Shown piece after piece: positions 38,528-47,704 of a stretch of DNA of 60,978 nt (position 1 is its first letter; the number at the start of each line of letters is the position of its first letter). The stretch comes from a virus (Duplodnaviria; Caudoviricetes). Both the position numbers and the translations under genes were made by a program. Location of the stretch: IMG/VR virus record IMGVR_UViG_3300037422_000333, positions 1 through 60,978 of that record. One strand, 5' to 3'. Below the pieces are notes generated by a model that saw only the letters and a list, made by a program, of their open reading frames with translations, was not told where the DNA came from and ran no database searches.

Positions 38528-39022
38528 ATGCCTTACGCCACCGCCACCCAGTTGATCGAGCGTTACGATCCCCGTGACATCGCCGAAATGGCGAGTGACA
38601 CGGGGATCGCGATCGACGACGTGGGGACCGATCCGAACGTGCTGGCGGCGCTCGACGATGCCAGCGGCGAAGTCGAGACGGCCCTGTTGCAGGGCGGTCG
38701 ATACACGGTCAGCGATCTGACGGGGCTGACCGGAAATTCCAAGTCGCACCTGATTCGGATGACGTGCGACGTGGCGATCGCCCTCTTGTTCGCCCGTCGG
38801 CCGCTGTATGCCTTCGAGCGTTACGAAAAGGCCCGCGATCTCGCGGAAAAGCATCTGGACCGTCTCCGCAAAGGGGACGCTGTGTTCAACCTGTCGGATA
38901 TGGCGACGGCTTCGCTGCCGATCGTCGATGGTCCGACCACCGTGGAATACCAAAACCTGAACCTCGTGCGGGATCGCGTGCGGAATCACTACCCGCGACG
39001 CTACCTGCCCGACAACCGATAA
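38528..39022 (+). CDS. head-tail adaptor (Mu gp36/DUF1320-like)
   Basis: MPYATATQLIERY...AALDDASGEV..L.GGRY...CDVAIALL. Confidence 0.85.
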   Translation: MPYATATQLIERYDPRDIAEMASDTGIAIDDVGTDPNVLAALDDASGEVETALLQGGRYTVSDLTGLTGNSKSHLIRMTCDVAIALLFARRPLYAFERYEKARDLAEKHLDRLRKGDAVFNLSDMATASLPIVDGPTTVEYQNLNLVRDRVRNHYPRRYLPDNR

Positions 39023-39031
39023 GGAGCCGTC

Positions 39032-39523
39032 ATGGCCTCGTCAGTTCACGTAGCCGGACCTGCACAGATCAAGGTGGACACTGCCGCTGGCAACTCGCTG
39101 GAAGAGCTCGGCTACACGATTAACGGGGCCGAGATTCGCGAGGAGATTTTTCACTCGAACGTCCCCGGCGACGAAAACGGCGGCGACGAAGGTCCGCCGA
39201 TCGACGTGCAATACTTCGGCGAAATTCACCACGTCCGGCTGGAACTTTCCAAGTGGGATGCGTCGGTGGCGAACAAGGTGCTGGCGAAATTGTATGGCGG
39301 CACGGCCGGCGTACTTGGCGCGGCGGGCACGTTGATGGCTGGCGGATCGAAAACGGTCCGATTGCTCATCAACGCTTCGATCGAACCGCGCAACTACCTG
39401 AAAGCGTTTCTGAGAAACCAAAGCGAGTTGAACAAGGGCACCAAGTACAGCAAGCTCGTCCTTGAATTCGAGTGTCACGCGAACGGGGTTGGTGGAACGG
39501 TCTACAACACGACGATCACGTAA
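39032..39523 (+). CDS. tail tube (major tail) protein, putative
   Basis: AAGGAG SD; LGYTINGAEI...; upstream of the frameshifting chaperone. Confidence 0.7.
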   Translation: MASSVHVAGPAQIKVDTAAGNSLEELGYTINGAEIREEIFHSNVPGDENGGDEGPPIDVQYFGEIHHVRLELSKWDASVANKVLAKLYGGTAGVLGAAGTLMAGGSKTVRLLINASIEPRNYLKAFLRNQSELNKGTKYSKLVLEFECHANGVGGTVYNTTIT

Positions 39524-39573
39524 CGATTTCGTGTTTCGATGGGTTTGCAACCTGGCTGCGACGGGGGCATCGC

Positions 39574-40041
39574 ATGGGATTCTGGAAGAGATTCACGGCA
39601 CGCCGGCGGCAACGTCAGCGTGCCATTTTTCGATATTGGGACGGTCAGCGCGAGCGGGCCATCGACCCGGCCGTGGCCTATCGGGGCCTGCAAACGCATC
39701 CCAAGTACGATCCTCGAAAGCATCCAGCTCTGGCGGAAGCGGGCGACCTGGAATCGCTCGACATCATGCTGGGGGCCATTCGCGAAGTGTTTGGGTTGTC
39801 GCCGCTGGTGCAGGATGAACAGGGCCGGGAACGCGGATTGACCGATCGGGAAACCCTGGACCTCGTGCTGGAGTTCAATGATTTTCTGCTCGGGCTAAAA
39901 AAAAGTACCAGTCCGACGCCGATCTCGCCGCCGCCTACGGCTCCGCCATCCTTGGCGAGCGCCTCGACGACTACGAGTGTCTCATCGGACTTTGGCTCAA
40001 CCAGTGGCGAACCGAAGATCGTAGAGCCTTCTTTGCCGTGA
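39574..40041 (+). CDS. tail assembly chaperone (gpG-like)
   Basis: Between tube and tape-measure genes; low-complexity tail after LKK. Confidence 0.72.
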   Translation: MGFWKRFTARRRQRQRAIFRYWDGQRERAIDPAVAYRGLQTHPKYDPRKHPALAEAGDLESLDIMLGAIREVFGLSPLVQDEQGRERGLTDRETLDLVLEFNDFLLGLKKSTSPTPISPPPTAPPSLASASTTTSVSSDFGSTSGEPKIVEPSLP

Positions 40042-40193
40042 AGGCGATTTCTTCGGCGCTGGGCGGGGCCATCCCGGTAGAGATGTTCGCGGCCGTGTGT
40101 GAGGACGAAGCTCAGGCCGCGGCGATGGCCGCTGAATACGAACAGCATCGGGAATTTTTGAGTCGCTCGGCCCAAGCACCGAGTGATGGATGA
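39574..40193 (+). CDS. tail assembly chaperone -1 frameshift product (gpGT-like)
   Basis: A AAA AAA at 39897-39903; the -1 frame reads KYQSDADLAAAYG...APSDG to TGA 40191-40193, 3 nt before the next ATG. Confidence 0.75.
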
Positions 40194-40196
40194 ATA

Positions 40197-42038
40197 ATGG
40201 CCATTCCGCTGATCGCCGCCGCCGCCACTGCTCTCCGAGGACTCGCCGGATCGGAATTGATGTCCGGCGTCTTGGGCGACCTGTCGCTGACCGGCGAAGC
40301 GATGGGCAACATCACGGGCATGAATTTGCTGGGCGACGTGGCGGGCAAGGTGAAGTCCACGTTCATCCCGTCGCCGATCGCGGGACAACCAACTCTGCCG
40401 GGCAATGGCATCCTCGAAGATGCGGACGACGAACCGATCACGAACATGCCCGCCGATCCGCGCACCGGAAAAACCGGAGCCACTGGACGACCGGGTATTC
40501 CAGGTGCCGACGGTGGCATCGGCTCACGGGGACAACCGGGAACGCGCGGGACCACCGGAGCGGCAGGACGGCAAGGCATTCCCGGTGTCCCTGGATCGGC
40601 TGCAACGGCCGCCCAATTGGCCACGCCGGAAGGCTTGGGCTTGGCGTCGATGCGTCCGGGACAACCAGTACCTGACCCGCAGTCGGAACTGGAACTCAAG
40701 CATTTGATTGCCGGGCAGGAGTTGCACGCGGCCAAAAGACAATTCGGTAAGGGATCGCCGGAACATCAGGCGGCCGTCGAACGGGTCGTCGAATTGACCA
40801 ATCAGGTCACGATGTTGCAGGAACTTCGCGGCCAGCAGGCGGCCATGCAGGTCCAGCTCCGGAAGATTCGCGATCTGGAATCGAAGGGCGGAAAAGACGA
40901 TCCGGTCCGGCAGCAGTTGACTCAGCAACTGGTCGAAGTCGCCGACAAGATTCACATTCTCGAAGCGGCTGGGCCCACTGCCCCGGCGCCACCGAAACTG
41001 CCCGACATGGATGAGTCGGAACGGGCCAAGCTCAAGGACGCGTGGCAAGCCTTCACTCAAGCGGGTGGCGGACCCGACCAGACTCCGGACAAAGAGTCGC
41101 GGAAGATGTGGAGTCAAATGACCGGTGGTCGATGGTATTACCCGCCGGACTTTGAGGCCAAGCCCGCTTCCGCCGCTGGAGCTGTTGGCCAGACCGGCGA
41201 CTCTCCGCGCCCGGCTGCTTCTGCTGCGGGCGGCGGTGGCCGGTCGCGACGTCCGCCAGTACACGGTCCGGAAATTTTTGCCCCGACTCCGGCACCCAAA
41301 GGCAGTGATGGAATTCGCGGTCTGGCGGGCGGCGTCGCCAAAGGTGTCGCCGCTGGCATGGGGCTTCGCGTGCTGGGTATGGTCGTCGGAGGCGGCGTGG
41401 GGCTGGCTGGCGGCGTCATCAAAGCCCTGATTCCCAAGATGCCTCGGATTGGCACGAAGGATCAGGACACAGATACGGCCATTCAAACCACGAAGTTTGC
41501 TGGACTGATGGCGCTGGCTGGCGGCGGCCCAGCTTCTCCCGCGGGAGCAATGGGCGGAGCGTTCCTGCTGAATGCCGCCTTGATTTCCGTCGCCCGATCG
41601 CTCGGCCAGTTCGGCGACTCGGTCCTCGAAACTCGCCGCAACCTTGCCGACTACAACGGCACGATCGCGATGGCGTTTGCCAATGTGGACTTTCAAAAAC
41701 TCAACCTGGATGTTCGCCGCGCGGGCGACACTCGCGGCTCGACAGCCGAACTGGCCAGGGCCGTAATGGACTTTCGCGAAGCGATTTACCCCATCGAGTT
41801 GCTGGGGATGCGAGTGCTGAATCTTGCGGCGACGTTGACCGCGAAAGTTGGAGCAGTGCTGGCGGCACTTGCTCAGGTTCACCCAACCTTTCAACTGCTG
41901 AAAATGATCGGCGAAAAAATCGAACAAAACACGCGCAAGAAAGACATGGAAGGCACACTGCCGATCTCCCGCGTTCTTCACGAGATGGCTCGTGGCGATT
42001 TTGCAGGTCCGAATCAGCCGCTGCCGCCTCTACGCTGA
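40197..42038 (+). CDS. tape-measure-position protein (short, atypical)
   Basis: Follows the G/GT pair; Ala/Gly-rich hydrophobic segments plus a collagen-like insert. Confidence 0.6.
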   Translation: MAIPLIAAAATALRGLAGSELMSGVLGDLSLTGEAMGNITGMNLLGDVAGKVKSTFIPSPIAGQPTLPGNGILEDADDEPITNMPADPRTGKTGATGRPGIPGADGGIGSRGQPGTRGTTGAAGRQGIPGVPGSAATAAQLATPEGLGLASMRPGQPVPDPQSELELKHLIAGQELHAAKRQFGKGSPEHQAAVERVVELTNQVTMLQELRGQQAAMQVQLRKIRDLESKGGKDDPVRQQLTQQLVEVADKIHILEAAGPTAPAPPKLPDMDESERAKLKDAWQAFTQAGGGPDQTPDKESRKMWSQMTGGRWYYPPDFEAKPASAAGAVGQTGDSPRPAASAAGGGGRSRRPPVHGPEIFAPTPAPKGSDGIRGLAGGVAKGVAAGMGLRVLGMVVGGGVGLAGGVIKALIPKMPRIGTKDQDTDTAIQTTKFAGLMALAGGGPASPAGAMGGAFLLNAALISVARSLGQFGDSVLETRRNLADYNGTIAMAFANVDFQKLNLDVRRAGDTRGSTAELARAVMDFREAIYPIELLGMRVLNLAATLTAKVGAVLAALAQVHPTFQLLKMIGEKIEQNTRKKDMEGTLPISRVLHEMARGDFAGPNQPLPPLR

Positions 42039-42051
42039 GGCCACGACACCG

Positions 42052-43974
42052 ATGGGTACGCTCGTCATCTACAACAACGTGCAAATCCACCACTGCCTGA
42101 CCAAGCGGTTCGAGCAGGAAACGGTGTACGACGACAGCGGCACAGACTACCTCTACACGAGGTTTCGCGTGCAGGTCGTGGGTTATGTTCATGCCAACTT
42201 GCAGGCCAGCGTGACGGCGAATGTTGGAGTTCGCACGGACGTGGCCTCCGTGGACACGTCCGGGGCCTACGCCGCGATGACCAAGCATCCGGGCGACTAT
42301 GTTGACGGCGCGGCCCAGAACTTCAATGTCGTGCGGACCAAGTTGGCGACTCCGCGGCAAGCATTCCAGATGAAAGTGGACGTGGACGAACAAGGCAGCG
42401 GCGGCACGGTGCTGCTCTCGGCAGAGGCCGTTGCGGCTGCCAAGAAAAAGGAAATCTTTGTTGCTGGCGACACCGTAGCAGCAAAGGATGTGGACAATGG
42501 CCCGAAGCCGAAGCTGATGGCGATCAGCCATCTCGTGGCCGACAACATTTTCCGAGTGGAATGGGAAGTCGAGGTCTGCAAGGTCGAGTGCAGCGTGGAT
42601 GGAGCGGCCAGCACGGCGAACAAAACCGGGATCCTCAGTAATCGCTGGTCGATGACCGACGAAATCGACAACAACTTCTACACCACGCGCACGATTCAGG
42701 GCCGGCTGCGCGTCGTGACGGCCCATATCAATCCGCACAGTTTTCGCGGCTGGGTCGTGCCGCCGCTCAACAACTATTTTCGTCGCGAACGGATGTCCTT
42801 CACGGCCACGGCCGATGGCCTCAACCTGGACTACACGATCGTGGATCGAGAAGTCGCCTACGCCGCGCCGCCGCCGGCGACCAAGTGGCGGTTTGAAATC
42901 ACGGAAAACATGATGCTTGGGCGAATAGCCCAAACCGTGATCGACCTGCGGATGTCCTGTCCGAGAACGACCGACAAGACGGTATTGTACAAGGTGGCCG
43001 CCCAGATCATCGAGAACAAGGGTTTCAAGATGCAGCTTGGCAACGCCAAGGACAAGGCGACCGTGATCGTTCGCGAGGCATCGTTCACCGATATTTATGG
43101 CGACGAAGAAAATAGTATCGCCGCGCACGCCGTGCTGGAACATGCGGGCGATGGCAAGCTGATTCAGGCCGATCAGATTTTCCGGGCTGCCGCCTCGAAG
43201 CTCGGACGGCCGCTGTCGGGCGCCGAGATTGCCGGCTACAAATTCGAGGAGTCGATCGATCCCAAAACGCTGAACAAGCGTGACGAACAGGCGGGCACAA
43301 CCGGCATCGTCGGGGCCTTTTCCGCGTACTTGATGACCGGTTGTGGTTCCGAATTTTCGTACAACTCGACCGGAAATCAGCTTGCTCCGACGAAAGAAAC
43401 GGGACCAGTGGGCCAAAAGGTGGCGATGACGGCCACAATTTTGCCGCCCAACGTGCAGCTTCCGGACACCTCCTTCACCGCCGGGCATCTCGACTTTCCG
43501 TACACGCGATACGTGTTTCAAAACGCCTACAGGGTGAAGTCTAATTCGATCCAGCTTGCGATCGCTGGTCCTGCTCCTTCTTCGAGCGGTTCGTCTGGTA
43601 GTTCGACAGTCGCCACCTCGGTAATCGCACAATTGGCCCCTAAAACCGCCAAGCGAACAGTCCGAATCATGGCCGAGCGGGTCGGCAAGCAGCCGGAGAT
43701 TCCGTCCGAAAAGGTATTCCTTGGTGCCACCACACTTCTGAATGCGATTCCCCAAGATTTGATCGTCATTCCACGGGCCGCGGAAATGACCGCCGACGGC
43801 AAGTATCTGTTCCGATCGGACATGGAAATCGAGTACGCCCAGGAGCGACCCAACAATCTGGAATCCGAACCGGTCGTGGTGGGCGTCAGCCCGTGGATTA
43901 ACGATCCGAATGAACGACCGTCTCTCGTGAAAACCGATCCGTCCGCCTTTACGAACTCGATGTTCGAGGAGTAA
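42052..43974 (+). CDS. putative tail/baseplate protein
   Basis: Large beta-rich ORF after the tape-measure gene. Confidence 0.6.
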   Translation: MGTLVIYNNVQIHHCLTKRFEQETVYDDSGTDYLYTRFRVQVVGYVHANLQASVTANVGVRTDVASVDTSGAYAAMTKHPGDYVDGAAQNFNVVRTKLATPRQAFQMKVDVDEQGSGGTVLLSAEAVAAAKKKEIFVAGDTVAAKDVDNGPKPKLMAISHLVADNIFRVEWEVEVCKVECSVDGAASTANKTGILSNRWSMTDEIDNNFYTTRTIQGRLRVVTAHINPHSFRGWVVPPLNNYFRRERMSFTATADGLNLDYTIVDREVAYAAPPPATKWRFEITENMMLGRIAQTVIDLRMSCPRTTDKTVLYKVAAQIIENKGFKMQLGNAKDKATVIVREASFTDIYGDEENSIAAHAVLEHAGDGKLIQADQIFRAAASKLGRPLSGAEIAGYKFEESIDPKTLNKRDEQAGTTGIVGAFSAYLMTGCGSEFSYNSTGNQLAPTKETGPVGQKVAMTATILPPNVQLPDTSFTAGHLDFPYTRYVFQNAYRVKSNSIQLAIAGPAPSSSGSSGSSTVATSVIAQLAPKTAKRTVRIMAERVGKQPEIPSEKVFLGATTLLNAIPQDLIVIPRAAEMTADGKYLFRSDMEIEYAQERPNNLESEPVVVGVSPWINDPNERPSLVKTDPSAFTNSMFEE

Positions 43975-43986
43975 CGAGGCCACCCC

Positions 43987-45660
43987 ATGTCCATCGAACT
44001 TTACGATGCCGTCAATCACGATGGTCTGTTCGACCTGCAGGGTAAGGCATTTTACGCCCAGCAGATTCTCAACACGGCCCGCGGAACGACCGTACCGCAA
44101 GAGGTCGTGGACATCATCACGCAATTCGAGAAACTGACGGACACGATCGACCTGACGGCGACGATTTCCAGCCTGCCGTCCGGAGTTCGCAGTTGGCAGG
44201 CCAGCGGCGACGCGCTGGCCTCTGTCATTTCGAAATACTGTTCGCAAATTCTGATCGAAATGGCGAACGCGGACACGAAGCTGCCTTCCAAAACGATCGA
44301 AGAAGCACTCAAGGAACTCATCAAGCAAATGAAGGCCAGCAGCGACACGGTGAATGCGAACGCCGTGACCGTCGCCGTTTCCGTGGGCGGTTCCAACACG
44401 GGGGACGGCCGGATCGTGTTCAGCAAGAAACGGGCGGACGGATTGGTTCAGGAAAACGCTCTGGGCGATTTGATCGCGGTCACTGTAACGTCGGACACGT
44501 CACCGGCGACGGCCAGCCTGACATTCACCAGTCCTGCCGCCGTGACCTCGCTACTGGACGAAGCGTGGCCCGGCAAGTCGGGGCTGGGGACCACGCTCAC
44601 GGCTGTTGATGCCGCCTCGAATCTACTGACCAACAGCGAATTCGAGAACTCGACCGTTCAGACCAATGTGCCCGACAGTTGGATCGTTTCCGTGGGCACG
44701 GTCGGCACCACACTCAAGCTCACCGTGACCGAAGTCCAGACGCTGACGATCGCGGGTACGCCCACGAGCGGCTACTACCAGGTCTCGTGGCAGAACGCGG
44801 CCGGCAAAACGCAGACAACGACGCCCCTGGCCTACAACGCCGCCGGGTCCGATCTTCAGTCGGCTCTGCGCAGCCTTGCCGGACTGGAAAGCGTCACGGT
44901 GGGCACGACGGGCAGCAGCCCGAACTACACGCACACGATCACGTTCACCGGCCGCGGCGGCAATCTGACCGAGATCACGGCCACGAACAATTTCGACACG
45001 GGAACCATCACGCCCGCCACGACCACTCAGGGGACGGCCCAAGTTTACTCGGGCGGCAAAGCGCTGTGGTTCGCGTCGAATGGGTCGGAACTGACCACGA
45101 TCAATCAGCAGTTGACGAACCTGACGGCGGCCACTGCCTACGGTCTCTCGCTGTGGTCGATCGCCGACGCCTCGATCGCGGCGGGCGTCATCACGATCGA
45201 CCTCGTGGACGGCGTCGGTGGCACGGTCATCAACGACGATCAGGGAACGGCCAATTCGATCACGTTCAACGCCAGCAGCCTGACGACCTCATGGAAGCAT
45301 CTGGTGGACCTGGTGGGGGCCGGCGTGGAATGTGTGTTCCGCACGCCGACGAAGCTGCCCGCCCTGATCTACCTGCGGATTCGGATTTCCACGGCGGTCA
45401 CGAACGGACGCTCCGTGTTCTTCGACCGCGTGGCCTTGTCGGAAATGCGCGAACTCTACGCGGGCGGACCGTTCGTCTGCCCGTTCAGCGGAGCGGCAAA
45501 CTTCCGCAACACGGATGCGTTCACGATCACGGTCACCAATGATCGTGCCGCGAAAATTCAGGAGTGGTATCACCGCAACTTCAACATGGCCGCCTTGGGG
45601 CTGCTGCTCCCCAGCAACAGCGCCGGTGGCGAAACGATTCCCGACAGCGTGGTGGGATAA
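43987..45660 (+). CDS. putative tail protein with beta-sandwich/carbohydrate-binding-like domains
   Basis: NLLTNSEFE; EVQTLTI...TTPLAYNA...LQSAL...YTHTITF; Thr-rich. Confidence 0.65.
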   Translation: MSIELYDAVNHDGLFDLQGKAFYAQQILNTARGTTVPQEVVDIITQFEKLTDTIDLTATISSLPSGVRSWQASGDALASVISKYCSQILIEMANADTKLPSKTIEEALKELIKQMKASSDTVNANAVTVAVSVGGSNTGDGRIVFSKKRADGLVQENALGDLIAVTVTSDTSPATASLTFTSPAAVTSLLDEAWPGKSGLGTTLTAVDAASNLLTNSEFENSTVQTNVPDSWIVSVGTVGTTLKLTVTEVQTLTIAGTPTSGYYQVSWQNAAGKTQTTTPLAYNAAGSDLQSALRSLAGLESVTVGTTGSSPNYTHTITFTGRGGNLTEITATNNFDTGTITPATTTQGTAQVYSGGKALWFASNGSELTTINQQLTNLTAATAYGLSLWSIADASIAAGVITIDLVDGVGGTVINDDQGTANSITFNASSLTTSWKHLVDLVGAGVECVFRTPTKLPALIYLRIRISTAVTNGRSVFFDRVALSEMRELYAGGPFVCPFSGAANFRNTDAFTITVTNDRAAKIQEWYHRNFNMAALGLLLPSNSAGGETIPDSVVG

Positions 45661-45689
45661 TTCGTCTCTCAAATCGAAGGAGATCACAG

Positions 45690-45884
45690 ATGAGTCTGCT
45701 AGCCAAACTCGACGATCTGACGGATGCCATTCGGACTGCTGTGCCAGCCGCCGATGCCGCGGCACTGGAACAGGACGTGGCCCAGCTTCGCGAAAAGCTC
45801 GAGCAAGTTCAGAGAAATTGCGAGCCGCCCGTCGCGTCTCCAGAAGCCGGGCCCGTCGCGTCAACTGCAACCGAAACGGAATAG
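45690..45884 (+). CDS. small coiled-coil protein
   Basis: AAGGAG SD, ATG 45690. Confidence 0.55.
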   Translation: MSLLAKLDDLTDAIRTAVPAADAAALEQDVAQLREKLEQVQRNCEPPVASPEAGPVASTATETE

Positions 45885-45939
45885 TCCATTCGGTGCCATC
45901 AGAATGCTCGTCGGCAATTTTTAGTGAAGGGGTCTGAAA

Positions 45940-46944
45940 ATGCTTACCTGGAACGGATGCGATCTGTCGGGGACCACGGCCAATCGGCCCACCAAGGCAG
46001 AGGCAGGTCAAATCTATTACGACACGACCGTCGGAGCGTTGCTGGTCTACACCGGTTCGGCATGGCAGGACGCTGGCGACGTGGCGTCCGGCGACATCAC
46101 GGCGGGTTCGATTACGGGCGGTGACGCCAATCTTGGAATCACCGGCCAAGTAGCGGCTTCGGCTACGTCGGCAGGCGGTGCCATCACAATCACCGGGGCC
46201 GTTGGTGGGTCTACCAGTGGCACGGGCGGCGCGGTCAGTCTGGCGGGCGGAGCCGGTACCGCCGGGAATTCGGCTGGCGGCGTGGCCTCGACAACCGGCG
46301 GAGCCGGTCAGGGATCCGCTGCGGGCGGCATCGGCAAAGTCGTCGGTGGTGCCGGTGGCGACACTGGCGCTGGCGGAGCGGCTCAAGTCACTGGCGGTGC
46401 TGGCGGTGCCACCTCGGGCACTGGCGGGGCCGCCACTATCACCGGCGGCGCAGGGACGGCTGGCAACTCGGCTGGCGGCGTTGCTTCCCTTGCTGGCGGT
46501 GCTGGTCAGGGCACTGCTGCCGGTGGCGCGGCCAGCGTGACTGGTGGTGCTTCCGGGGCCGGAGCCACTGGTAATGGCGGCGCGGCCAGCGTGACAGGCG
46601 GTGCCGCGACGAGCACGAACGGCACGGGTGGCGCGGCCAGTCTTGTCGGCGGTGTCGCCACCGGCACGGGTTCTGGCGGTGCCGTCACGATTACCGGCGG
46701 TGCGTCCGCTGGTGCGTCCGGCACAGCCGGGGCTGTGACCATTGACGCCGGAGCCGCAACCGGCGGCACGGCGGCGGCGGTCAACGTGGGGACCGCGAAT
46801 GCCTCGATCGTCAACGTCGGCTTCCTCGGCCTGAAGGTGACGACCGACAACGGGACGGTGACCGGCTCTCTCTGGTACGACCAGACTTTGAACAAGCTGC
46901 AATTCAAGACGGCAAGCGGCGTGGAAACCATCACCAGCGTGTAA
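45940..46944 (+). CDS. Gly/Ala/Thr-rich tail fibre
   Basis: GTTANRP...GQIYYDTT N-terminus; about 12 repeats of 16-18 aa GGAxxxTGGA. Confidence 0.72.
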   Translation: MLTWNGCDLSGTTANRPTKAEAGQIYYDTTVGALLVYTGSAWQDAGDVASGDITAGSITGGDANLGITGQVAASATSAGGAITITGAVGGSTSGTGGAVSLAGGAGTAGNSAGGVASTTGGAGQGSAAGGIGKVVGGAGGDTGAGGAAQVTGGAGGATSGTGGAATITGGAGTAGNSAGGVASLAGGAGQGTAAGGAASVTGGASGAGATGNGGAASVTGGAATSTNGTGGAASLVGGVATGTGSGGAVTITGGASAGASGTAGAVTIDAGAATGGTAAAVNVGTANASIVNVGFLGLKVTTDNGTVTGSLWYDQTLNKLQFKTASGVETITSV

Positions 46945-46957
46945 CCAGAGGCCCCTC

Positions 46958-47176
46958 ATGGATGTCCACGAAACCCTGGGCCGACTGTATCAGGACTACC
47001 AAAGCCTGCGGTCGGAATACCGGAAATTGCTCGGCCTGGTGGCCCGCATCAAATCGGGAGAAGTTTCGCCGGAAACGGTAGAGCTGCTCCCGAATGATGC
47101 GTGGTGCATCGTGTCGAAAGAATCGGCAGCCGTTGCAGTTCCTTCTGACGACGCACATCCGGCGGTTCAGGATTAG
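46958..47176 (+). CDS. hypothetical protein
   Basis: GAGG SD; 72 aa. Confidence 0.6.
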   Translation: MDVHETLGRLYQDYQSLRSEYRKLLGLVARIKSGEVSPETVELLPNDAWCIVSKESAAVAVPSDDAHPAVQD

Positions 47177-47182
47177 CACAGC

Positions 47183-47692
47183 ATGTCTCGCGTCGACACC
47201 AATCAAGCCACTGTTCTCCAGGCGGTCGTTGATCGTCTGATTGCCTCGGTCGTGACAGATCCGAAATTGACCGACGAAACCTGCTTCGCGTCTCTGTTCC
47301 CCGTCCCCCCACTGCTGCTCCCCTCCAATTTGTTCCTGACGGTCGCCCCCATCGAGGGACAGTTTGAGCCGGGACTGCACGAGGGGGGCGGGATTTATCA
47401 GACCTCAGAAGAAGCAGGCGTCGTAGTCACCGTCTTCACTCGCATGCTTCTCGATCGCGGTGGCCGCAGCGTCAAGGTGCTGACGGAATCGACGCGCGGC
47501 TTGCTGGTCGTCAAGCGTCTCGTGCTGAAGGCTCTCTCGGGCCACGATCTCGTCGATCCTGTCGGTAATCAGTTGCTGCGAAACCTCATGGCTCCCCTGA
47601 ACTGCGATCCGCCGAAATTCCTGGACGAAGACAAGATCGGGTATCTGTCGCTCCGCTTCTCGACCGACTTCGATTGGGACCTGCAATCGTAA
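47183..47692 (+). CDS. putative tail completion/terminator-like protein
   Basis: Size and alpha/beta pattern only. Confidence 0.4.
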   Translation: MSRVDTNQATVLQAVVDRLIASVVTDPKLTDETCFASLFPVPPLLLPSNLFLTVAPIEGQFEPGLHEGGGIYQTSEEAGVVVTVFTRMLLDRGGRSVKVLTESTRGLLVVKRLVLKALSGHDLVDPVGNQLLRNLMAPLNCDPPKFLDEDKIGYLSLRFSTDFDWDLQS

Positions 47693-47704
47693 AGGGGGCT
47701 GGAC

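Noticed and set aside
41701-44328. 875-aa minus-strand ORF (and similar long antisense ORFs, e.g. 45289-46959, 48359-49804, 1520-2944)
   Set aside because: Shadow frames of GC-rich plus-strand genes; no motifs or plausible expression signals.
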